Shown piece after piece: positions 8,570-15,844 of a stretch of 64,000 nt of DNA. Numbering within the stretch: the stretch's first letter is position 1; each line of letters starts with the position of its first letter. A program made the translations under genes and the position numbers. Origin of the DNA: a virus (Duplodnaviria; Caudoviricetes); the IMG/VR virus record IMGVR_UViG_3300025715_000024, positions 5,456-69,455 of that record. One strand, given 5' to 3'. Below the pieces are notes generated by a model. The model was given only the letters and a program-made list of their open reading frames with translations. It ran no database searches and was not told where the DNA came from.

Positions 8570-10295
8570 CTAGATGCCAGCCAACTCCAAATTCATGTGG
8601 TGGATTTGGGTTAAACTCGAATTTACACCCAGCAGCAAGAGTAAAATGGCAGTGGTGTCCATTAGGATTTGCGAATGGGTCAGCCCATATTTTCCCCTTT
8701 TTAATCAACAACGTACCTGGGGAGATGCTCAGGTACAACCTAGCTCGGTTCAGTGTTCCGGCGCCGCCAAAACCAAGGTCTCTGCCCTCCGGTTTTTGGA
8801 TGGCAATGATAGCAATTCCGCCTTTCAACTTGTCAGCAATCTGCCTGATTCGCATTCCCATCTTGTACGCTTCAGCATCAGAACCTTCATCTAGATAATC
8901 AATAATATTAAAACCTTCGGGGTCTATTTTGTCTGGGAAATTATCAGTCCGGAACTGGAATTTAATGCCTTCCCATGAGGACATAGGCTCGTTAAATTTA
9001 TCCAGTCTTATCCGCAATTCAGTGCCGTCATTCATCTCGCTTGATAAGTAATTAATCTTGAATTTGTCTTTGTTCATGAGCGCAGTTCTTAAGCAAAACG
9101 CGGTCTTACCAGCATTACTCTCACCGGCAATGACAACAACATTGCTGCGATGAATCTTAACTTTTTTCTCAATATACAATGGAAATGTCACATCCAAAGG
9201 CGTAATATCGGCATTTTTCCAGTCAATTAATTCCTCTTCCCTGTCTATCGTCCTAAAAACACCGGAAGTTTTGCCTTCTTTAACCAATAATCCCTCTTGA
9301 ACGAGCTTATGCAGGCAGTTGTTTACAGTCTTGCGGTCTTGTTTTGAGGACATTTGGAGAACTTTGAGGACATTTGAGGAACTTATGAGGCCATCTGAGG
9401 AACAAACGAAGTCCCGAACTTCGTCAATTACGGATTTTTCTCGGCGGAGAGAGCGCTGAAAAGCTGACTCAAAAGTTGTAACTAATTCTTTTTCATCTAC
9501 CGGCGGAACACAATTAAGTCCAATGAATTTAACTGTTTCCCAAGCCACATCTCTTGGGCTGCCGCCCTTCAGCATTGAGTGGGCTGTGTGAAAAATGTGG
9601 TCATTTCTCTGTCCTTCGGAAAAGAGAACGCTCATGCCCGGCGAGGAAATTCCTCGCTCCGTGTATATATTATTTTTATTTATATTATATATACTACTAC
9701 TACTAGAGTACGTAGTACTCTCTATGCCCCCTATCCCACCTATACCCTTCCCACCCCTATGATGCTTTAATATATTAATATAAGCATTAGGTAGTTCTAG
9801 TAATGGAATATCTTTTAATGATTTATTATTAATCCATGCATACGGGTTCCCCGTTCCATTCGCTGAAGGCGGAACCAGGATGTAGCCGCCTTCTCCCCTA
9901 AAGTCTATGCCAGGGAGTGCAGCGGTGTTTATTGTCAACCTCTCATTCATGGGATATTTATAATACAGGTGCTCGCCACCCCTGGGGGTGGTGGCTGTGG
10001 GCGTCTTATCATGCTCTGCAAAAAAATCATAAGCGATAGCTGGGTCGAAGTCCGGCTTATGCGAATCAAAATCTACAACGCAAATGCCGGATAGCTCTCC
10101 GGTGACAATAGCGATGTTATAATTTGGCTCTTCTTTAAACCATGCATTAACTTCTTCTGGAGTGGCTATGCGTTTCCTAAAAGGCTCTACTTTGAATCCT
10201 GCTGGTGGTTTCTTCTGCCCTGGGGTAATTGGTATTATCGAATAGCCATGCTCGACATACCACAATGCTGCTTCTAAAGTCTTATTTGTGCCCAT
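8565..10295 (-). CDS. Bifunctional primase/polymerase fused to a RecA/SF4-like helicase
   Basis: Prim-Pol motifs NIAIVTG...VVDFD, TPRGGEHLYY and IDFRGEGGYILVPPS. C-terminal Walker A AGESNAGKT. RBS GGGAG before ATG at 10295. Confidence 0.85.
   Translation of the reverse strand: MGTNKTLEAALWYVEHGYSIIPITPGQKKPPAGFKVEPFRKRIATPEEVNAWFKEEPNYNIAIVTGELSGICVVDFDSHKPDFDPAIAYDFFAEHDKTPTATTPRGGEHLYYKYPMNERLTINTAALPGIDFRGEGGYILVPPSANGTGNPYAWINNKSLKDIPLLELPNAYINILKHHRGGKGIGGIGGIESTTYSSSSSIYNINKNNIYTERGISSPGMSVLFSEGQRNDHIFHTAHSMLKGGSPRDVAWETVKFIGLNCVPPVDEKELVTTFESAFQRSLRREKSVIDEVRDFVCSSDGLISSSNVLKVLQMSSKQDRKTVNNCLHKLVQEGLLVKEGKTSGVFRTIDREEELIDWKNADITPLDVTFPLYIEKKVKIHRSNVVVIAGESNAGKTAFCLRTALMNKDKFKINYLSSEMNDGTELRIRLDKFNEPMSSWEGIKFQFRTDNFPDKIDPEGFNIIDYLDEGSDAEAYKMGMRIRQIADKLKGGIAIIAIQKPEGRDLGFGGAGTLNRARLYLSISPGTLLIKKGKIWADPFANPNGHHCHFTLAAGCKFEFNPNPPHEFGVGWHLA
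9343..9403. repeat. Six TTTGAGGAAC-like units at about 10-bp phase inside the primase-helicase gene
   Basis: Reverse complement of the 8452-8569 motif, with an exact match at 9373-9382. Confidence 0.65.
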
Positions 10296-10452
10296 TCCTA
10301 CTCCCGAATTCCATGCGACTGGAAAAAAAGCGAACGCAGGCATACTCCAGGGGTGAGACCGGCGCTGGGAGAATCCGCCGCCCTGAAGTAGCCGCGCTCT
10401 GTGTGTTTATTTAATGGATAATTGCATAGAAGTCTCACGTCCTATTGTCGTT

Positions 10453-10668
10453 TTATAGAATAATATCCATCCGGTATGGAATGGACGTAAGAGGCACATC
10501 TAAGAGGACAGCCAGCTTTACAGCACTTTCATGTCGGGGTATCCTCTGCCCATCAGCCCACCGGCTGACTGTGGCATCACTGTAACCCAACTCCCTCAAC
10601 TTGCTGCGATTTTCGTTGATAAGCTTCCTGAAATCTTCGTGCTTCTTGGTGTTAATTATTTCTTTCAT
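10453..10668 (-). CDS. XRE/Cro-like HTH transcriptional regulator
   Basis: LRELGYSDATVSRWADGQRIP...LAVLLDV helix-turn-helix pattern. Confidence 0.8.
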   Translation of the reverse strand: MKEIINTKKHEDFRKLINENRSKLRELGYSDATVSRWADGQRIPRHESAVKLAVLLDVPLTSIPYRMDIIL

Positions 10669-10674
10669 GGTGAT

Positions 10675-10703
10675 AATCTAACAACATGGGAACATCATGT
10701 CAA
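10675..10703 (-). promoter_or_regulatory. Sigma70-type leftward promoter
   Basis: TTGACA (10703-10698), 17 nt, TAGATT (10680-10675). The ATG starts 7 nt downstream. Confidence 0.6.
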
Positions 10704-10811
10704 GAAAAAAGAAAAATTATTTTTCATACTTTATAAGTCTTTATAATGCTTCATTGTTCTTCACTGGACATCATTTTAATAAGTTTAATAAAAATAAATT
10801 TAAAAAAAGAC

Positions 10812-10840
10812 TTGACAAGCTGGTTATCAGTTGCTATCGT
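10812..10840 (+). promoter_or_regulatory. Sigma70-type rightward promoter
   Basis: TTGACA-N17-TATCGT preceded by an AT-rich UP-like tract. Divergent from the repressor promoter. Confidence 0.65.
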
Positions 10841-10871
10841 AACCTAAAATAAAACGGAAGAGGGCAATGAA

Positions 10872-11198
10872 ATGGGAGAAGACAAGAGGTGGAGCGTTGG
10901 GACAGTAGTGCGGCTTGTAGAAATAGCCAACAAGCTTGAAGCATTAAAAGAGGAAGATGGCGTGTTGAGCATCGTTAATAAATGTGTCCATCTCAAAGCC
11001 GATACCTTCTTTAATAACTTTGGCACAGAAGGCGTCAAGAGGGAAATGAAGTCTTCTACTGACATTCGCTGTTCGGTCGTCATTGACGGAGTGGAATTTG
11101 CCGCTTGGTTTGACGTTCCCAATGGAGTGAAGGTGATTACTTCAGAGGAAGATACCGAAACTTATGTCAGGTTGTATGATGTGGACCTTAAACCGTGA
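10872..11198 (+). CDS. Hypothetical protein
   Basis: First ORF after the promoter, 108 aa. Confidence 0.6.
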   Translation: MGEDKRWSVGTVVRLVEIANKLEALKEEDGVLSIVNKCVHLKADTFFNNFGTEGVKREMKSSTDIRCSVVIDGVEFAAWFDVPNGVKVITSEEDTETYVRLYDVDLKP

Positions 11199-11277
11199 CG
11201 GTAATACCCTTTAAATCCTCTCCTGGCTCTCCAGGATGGGCCTAGAAGGAATAAATAAGAGAAAGGTATAGGAAGGT

Positions 11278-11487
11278 ATGGGTCGGCCAAAAAAGAGGGG
11301 GAAATACCCTATAATATGCAGGTGTCCATTCTGTAAAAAAGTGAGAATTGAAATGGCGGAGAGGCCATACAGCATAATTTTTCCCGAATATTGCGATGAC
11401 CACAAGCATTTAAGGTTTGTTGATGAGGTCGGGAATGCAACATCCAGAGCAAGAGACCGGCATGCAAGAGCCGAATATCATTATTAA
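11278..11487 (+). CDS. Small Zn-ribbon-like protein
   Basis: CRCPFC and YCDDH motifs, RBS AGGAAGG. Confidence 0.5.
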   Translation: MGRPKKRGKYPIICRCPFCKKVRIEMAERPYSIIFPEYCDDHKHLRFVDEVGNATSRARDRHARAEYHY

Positions 11488-11500
11488 TGGGAGGGATAAG

Positions 11501-11680
11501 ATGGAATTCAGTGAATTTGAAAGAAAGCCCGAAACAAAGTTCGTCAGTTGCAGAGACACATTAATCAGCCTCATCAAAGAGGAGCCGGTGTCTCCAGCAG
11601 GTAATGCGTTCATGATTAAGATGGCCACGGTTTGCTTTGTCTTCTTCGTACTGGCCATTATTTTTATATCGAGGTGCTGA
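11501..11680 (+). CDS. Small membrane protein
   Basis: C-terminal hydrophobic helix, RBS GGGAGG. Confidence 0.45.
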   Translation: MEFSEFERKPETKFVSCRDTLISLIKEEPVSPAGNAFMIKMATVCFVFFVLAIIFISRC

Positions 11681-11681
11681 T

Positions 11682-12119
11682 ATGAGCTTCTATAACATGG
11701 TCCACGGAGTTACCCCCGCAGCTCTTTTGATTCTCCCGATGCTTGGGAAGCACCCGGACGAGTATCCGCGGTTCAGGGATTGCTTCCTGGCTGACCAGGA
11801 GCACCCTGAATTTGATGACCACATCCACGTTTTTACGCGTGTTGGTGGTGGAAATAGGGGCTGCGGCTTTGGAGAGGAAGAGCTATATAAGCATCCGGAA
11901 TACGTCACGACCTTTGATGACTCTTTCGATAGCACATACGCCTCTTACGTATTTAAGGTTCCGGAGAAGTGGAAGGCTGATTACGATAAGATGAAAGCCG
12001 GAAAGTATCATGAGGTCTCTCAAGAGTATAAGGACGAGATATTAAGGATTTATCCGACTATGAAGGAGAAAATAGAAGGTTTTTTCAACAAGAAAAAGGA
12101 GGCAGGGGAAAATGGCTGA
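11682..12119 (+). CDS. Conserved phage hypothetical protein
   Basis: MSFYNMVHG...YPRFRDCF...IHVFTRVGGGNR...DDSFDSTYASYVF, RBS GAGG. Confidence 0.7.
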   Translation: MSFYNMVHGVTPAALLILPMLGKHPDEYPRFRDCFLADQEHPEFDDHIHVFTRVGGGNRGCGFGEEELYKHPEYVTTFDDSFDSTYASYVFKVPEKWKADYDKMKAGKYHEVSQEYKDEILRIYPTMKEKIEGFFNKKKEAGENG

Positions 12120-12333
12120 GCTTACTGACAAAGAAGTGGCGACAAGGTTTACATATCACCCGCCGAACGCATCGCAACTGCCGCGCTATCAGTTACTTCG
12201 GAGGAGTGGACTGGAGCTGGCCAGTATAATTAATCGGTTATGCCCATCATCGCGTGAGACTGCCTTGGCCTTTACGAGGTTGGAAGAGGCCATAATGTGG
12301 GCAAATGCTGCCATCGCCCGAAGGGAATCATGA
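12112..12333 (+). CDS. Acb2/Tad1-like helical hairpin protein (candidate anti-defence nucleotide sponge)
   Basis: RFTYHPP N-terminus and SRETALAFTRLEEAIMWANAAIAR C-terminus. The latter resembles the Tad1 C-terminal helix as I recall it (S-R-E-x-A-x-A-x-T-x-x-E-E-A-x-M-W). Confidence 0.55.
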   Translation: MAELTDKEVATRFTYHPPNASQLPRYQLLRRSGLELASIINRLCPSSRETALAFTRLEEAIMWANAAIARRES

Positions 12334-12653
12334 AAATAACCGCCATCACAAAATTAAAACAGGGCGACATTTACCTGGCAATGCGGGAGCTTGGATGGAG
12401 TCAGCAAGAATTGGCCGATGGCGTCCTGGAACGCCCCATCCGTGCACAAACCATGCAGGGACCCCGCGTCTCCTTAATACGTTCTGACGCGATTTTGCAG
12501 GGCAAGGAGCTGGGGTTTACACTCAACCTCATCCCCCATAAAGAACTTAACAAAGACCTTCTCAAAGAATTGTTGGAGTATGGGATGTTTAATGGCCTAG
12601 GTCAGTGGCGCAGCGGTTCCTATGGGCAATTTGAAGTTGTTTCCTTTAAATAA
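12330..12653 (+). pseudogene. Chimeric ORF: XRE-HTH N-terminus fused to the C-terminal part of a RAMP/Cas7-like protein
   Basis: About residues 1-29 read MRELGWSQQELAD (first half of an HTH). The rest reads GVLERPIRAQTMQGPRVSLIRSD...LLEYGMFNGLGQWRSGSYGQFEV, ending in a RAMP-type glycine-rich loop. Confidence 0.6.
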
Positions 12654-12657
12654 TTTT

Positions 12658-12680
12658 GGATGGGGGCGAAAGCCCCCTCC
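12658..12680 (+). other. GC-rich GAAA tetraloop hairpin at the head of the pentamer array
   Basis: GGA-T-GGGGGC-GAAA-GCCCCC-TCC, with no U-tract after it. Confidence 0.75.
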
Positions 12681-12692
12681 TACGCAAAGTTA

Positions 12693-13144
12693 TGGCGAAG
12701 CGCAGATGGGTCGTGTGGTGGTATGGCATGGCGGAGCAATGCCGCGCCTGGGCATAGTAAGTTCATGTGGAGGTAAAATTAAGTGGAGTCTGGCGCAGGC
12801 AAAGCCAAACGATGTATAGCCTAGGTTGGGCACAGAACTGTGGGGCAACACCATGTTGCGGTAGTGCGCCGTCGCGTTGCGGTATTGCGGTCCATAGAGA
12901 TGCACTGGTTTTGTTTGGTAAGGCGATGAGAAGTGACGGCATTGCATTGCAGGGCGCCGTTATGGTTTAGCTTGGTCGGGTGTGGTATGGCGCAGCGTGG
13001 GCATGGTAAAGTCTAGCCCAATAAAGGCATAGTTTAGAATTGTGTTGTGGGGGTAGGGCATAGCCAGGAAACGCGCAGCATAGGTTGAGCGCGGCACAGC
13101 ACGGTCTAGCTTCGGTGTTGTGCGGCCCAGTTGAGTGGTGGTAA
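12693..13144 (+). ncRNA. NGY-NN pentamer array (VIPR/vrRNA-like candidate guide RNA array)
   Basis: Hand parse of 12693-13138 gives 86 pentamers in 16 blocks. 74 of 86 start NGY (34 GGY, 20 AGY, 15 TGY, 5 CGY). The last two bases vary. No credible ORF. Directly follows the RAMP-like gene. Confidence 0.7.
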
Positions 13145-13320
13145 TGAACAAGGATACCTGGAACCAAACGATTAACGCAGATATGGGATGTGTATGCCGA
13201 TATGACATGCACATATTTTACAGCACGCGGCGTGGTGAAATTCCGCGCTGCATTAAATGTGGACAGAAAGAGGTGAGGTATGGAAGAGATAGCAAAAAAA
13301 ATATTCGAAAAAGCAAATGA
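13144..13320 (+). CDS. Small Zn-ribbon-like protein
   Basis: CVC and RCIKCG motifs. Confidence 0.4.
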   Translation: MNKDTWNQTINADMGCVCRYDMHIFYSTRRGEIPRCIKCGQKEVRYGRDSKKNIRKSK

Positions 13321-13612
13321 ATTGTCATCAATGATTTCTGAGGCAAAACTGAAAGATGTGCACTTTGCAATGGTTTTGCACGTCCCCAAGGAAGATGGCG
13401 ACAATGAAGAGCCAAATTGCGTTGGGGTCATGAGTGGCCGCCCCGTGGAGATAGCCAAGTTGCTTAACAGATTAATACGTGATACCGACATGGAAAAATA
13501 CTTGGCGCTAGATAAGCTGAGAGGGATGTTTAATGTGGATAGTAAGGATAGCGAAGAAGAGAATGATGGGCTTTTGGCTCCGGACGATAAAGAAGAAGCC
13601 GAGCAGGGTTAA
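13280..13612 (+). CDS. Acidic hypothetical protein
   Basis: RBS GAGGTGAGG, 110 aa. Confidence 0.6.
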   Translation: MEEIAKKIFEKANELSSMISEAKLKDVHFAMVLHVPKEDGDNEEPNCVGVMSGRPVEIAKLLNRLIRDTDMEKYLALDKLRGMFNVDSKDSEEENDGLLAPDDKEEAEQG

Positions 13613-13777
13613 TTTATAATGGATGATGTCCCTTTGTTTGATGACGACAACCTGCCTCTTTACAAAAATAAGATGACGCAGGCCGTTTTAGAAACTTTTC
13701 CCAACAGCAAAGTTGTGGAAGTGCACGATTATATTACCGGCAAACATTATAAGACCGGAATCAAAGGAGGAAGTAAA

Positions 13778-14209
13778 ATGAGTAAGATTGATGGTTTAAT
13801 GCCCAAAGAGTGGAGCGGAAAGAAGTTTGTCGAGGCGTCTATCGACGGCAAGGTTTACAGTATCTGGCAGAATTTCGATGGCCTGAAGGTTGGTGACGAA
13901 GTCACTGGCGAGTCCATTGACAAAGGCGCGGGGAAAACCCCCCAGTATAAACTGGCCAGCATTAATGGCGTCGCGGTTAAGAGCTCCGGCGGTGGTGGTG
14001 GAAACTGGAAAGGTGGCGGTGGCACGCCTCAGGAAAAAGCCAGGGCGTTTGCGACATCTTATGCTAAAGATGTTGTGGTAGCCCTGATTTCCCGCGGCGA
14101 TGGCAGCACAAGAGAGCTGTCCCTCATCAAGGAAACATTTGATTATTTCTATACCATTTTCCATGCAAAGATGGACACACCTGCGGACGAGGCCAAGAAA
14201 CAGGAATAG
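13778..14209 (+). CDS. Putative ssDNA-binding (OB-fold-like) protein
   Basis: Strong RBS AAAGGAGG before ATG 13778 (frame open from 13619). Beta-rich N-terminus, Gly-rich linker, acidic tail, next to an exonuclease. Confidence 0.4.
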   Translation: MSKIDGLMPKEWSGKKFVEASIDGKVYSIWQNFDGLKVGDEVTGESIDKGAGKTPQYKLASINGVAVKSSGGGGGNWKGGGGTPQEKARAFATSYAKDVVVALISRGDGSTRELSLIKETFDYFYTIFHAKMDTPADEAKKQE

Positions 14210-14323
14210 TTTTATTTTGCTAGGGCGCGTTTTAAGGCACTGCCAGAAGAAAGCAGGGATAAGATGCAAAAAGCTGGTTAATTGCTGGCCCCCTGCCGCG
14301 CCCGTTTTTTTGAGGGAAGAAAA

Positions 14324-15232
14324 ATGATTATCACAAACCCTAATGGATTGCCCCAGTCTATTGTTGACGCAGTAACCCCCGACCAAACCAGGGGCCTCGA
14401 CCCAAACCGGCTAAGCATTACCGACTTAATCAATCCTCCTCTCATGAGGATTCTCCGGCAGAGACATTGGCACGAAATGTCGGAGACGGTCGATAGCCGC
14501 GTGTGGCTCCTTCTTGGGATTGCTGTCCATGAGTTTCTTGACCGGCATACTCCTGGAGCCTCCGAAGTAAAGTTTGAAATACCTATTAACGGCTTTACGC
14601 TTGTTGGGGTCATCGACCTTGTCGATGGCTCAACCATCATCGACTACAAAGTAACATCGGTCTTTTCTTTTCTTCTTGGAGAAAAGATAGAATGGGAGCA
14701 GCAGCTAAATTGCTATGCCTATCTTCTCCGGAAAAAAGCAGAGCAGGATGCTGCCGATTTTACTGTTAGCGGGTTAAAGATTGTTGCCATCCTTAAAGAC
14801 CATAAGCCATCTCTTGCATTAAGAGACCATGAATATCCCCAGAGCGCATTCTACCAGAAGCATATCCGGCTATGGTCCCCAGAAGAGCAAGACCAGTTCA
14901 TTGAGGATAGGGTAGAAATCCACCGACGGGCGGCGATGGGCGTCATCGAGAAGTGCACGGATAAAGAAAAGTATCACAAAGAGGACACTTATGCCGTAAA
15001 AGTCGTTGGCCAGGTTAAGGCCAAGAGAGTTTTGAGTTCTATGGCCGAAGCCGAGCAATGGATTGCCGAGCATCAAAAAGATGCCAAGGGTAAGGTCCTC
15101 GGCCCTTATGATATTGAGGTAAGGCTAGGTGAAGATACCCGCTGCATGAAATTTTGCGCCGTGCGTAATTTCTGTGAATATAATCGATACCTGGGAATGA
15201 AAGCAGAGGATGAAGATGTCGGAGATGACTAA
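14324..15232 (+). CDS. PD-(D/E)xK (Cas4/RecB-like) exonuclease
   Basis: LGIAVHE, GVIDLVDGSTIIDYK, QQLNCY and C-terminal RCMKFCAVRNFC. Confidence 0.8.
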   Translation: MIITNPNGLPQSIVDAVTPDQTRGLDPNRLSITDLINPPLMRILRQRHWHEMSETVDSRVWLLLGIAVHEFLDRHTPGASEVKFEIPINGFTLVGVIDLVDGSTIIDYKVTSVFSFLLGEKIEWEQQLNCYAYLLRKKAEQDAADFTVSGLKIVAILKDHKPSLALRDHEYPQSAFYQKHIRLWSPEEQDQFIEDRVEIHRRAAMGVIEKCTDKEKYHKEDTYAVKVVGQVKAKRVLSSMAEAEQWIAEHQKDAKGKVLGPYDIEVRLGEDTRCMKFCAVRNFCEYNRYLGMKAEDEDVGDD

Positions 15233-15476
15233 ATGCAATTATTGCACAATGCAAATTATTTTAGCTGAAGCGAAAAGAGCTGGGGCGCGCGTCATAACGA
15301 AACATTCCAGCTTCGGCTATCATGGCTCACAAGGAACAGATGTTTTTGTTGTCCCCCACGGAGAAAAAATGGGGAAATATAAAGCCCCTTCAGCAAAGAA
15401 TCCTAACGGAGATAAAGAGTACCAAAAATACCATCGAGCATGGTTGGCCGAAATACCTTATCGGTGTGAATGCTAG
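15210..15476 (+). CDS. Hypothetical protein (terminal Cys motifs)
   Basis: 88 aa, CNYC at the N-terminus and RCEC at the C-terminus. Confidence 0.5.
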   Translation: MKMSEMTKCNYCTMQIILAEAKRAGARVITKHSSFGYHGSQGTDVFVVPHGEKMGKYKAPSAKNPNGDKEYQKYHRAWLAEIPYRCEC

Positions 15477-15485
15477 GGAGAAGCA

Positions 15486-15707
15486 ATGAATAAAAAAGAA
15501 AAACATTACTTAACAAGGCTTATTGAGAAAGTCGAAAGGGCATGTATTTGCCGGAGAACAAACCAAAGCCTTATGAGGCCTGAAGATTGGCGCGAACTAG
15601 AGGCGCTGGTATCGGAATATAAAACAACAATTTTAAAGGTGGACATAGATGAAATTAGGAGACGCGTTAGCGAAATCAAAAATAGCAATGCTAAACATGG
15701 CAGATAA
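15486..15707 (+). CDS. Hypothetical protein
   Basis: RBS GGGAG, 73 aa. Confidence 0.45.
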   Translation: MNKKEKHYLTRLIEKVERACICRRTNQSLMRPEDWRELEALVSEYKTTILKVDIDEIRRRVSEIKNSNAKHGR

Positions 15708-15844
15708 GATGGTCTTAGTGACAAACACCGCGGCTTATGAGGCGGAAGTCAACAGGGTCGCGGGTGCTTGTTTTATTAAGGACTTTAAGGTGGTTAAGAA
15801 CTTTAACAACATTCCTCTTTCGGATGAATGGAAGGCACTTGGCT

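Noticed and set aside
12693-13144. CRISPR array
   Set aside because: There are no identical 23-50 bp repeats with unique spacers. The repeat unit is a degenerate pentamer.
12622-13214. ORFs on both strands across the pentamer array
   Set aside because: No RBS, and the Trp/Cys/His/Arg-rich translations are what a 5-nt period produces. Not called as proteins.
14324-15232. Cas4 as part of a CRISPR adaptation module
   Set aside because: No cas1, cas2 or CRISPR array is present, and it sits beside an SSB-like gene, which fits a phage recombination exonuclease. A role in array acquisition cannot be excluded but has no support.
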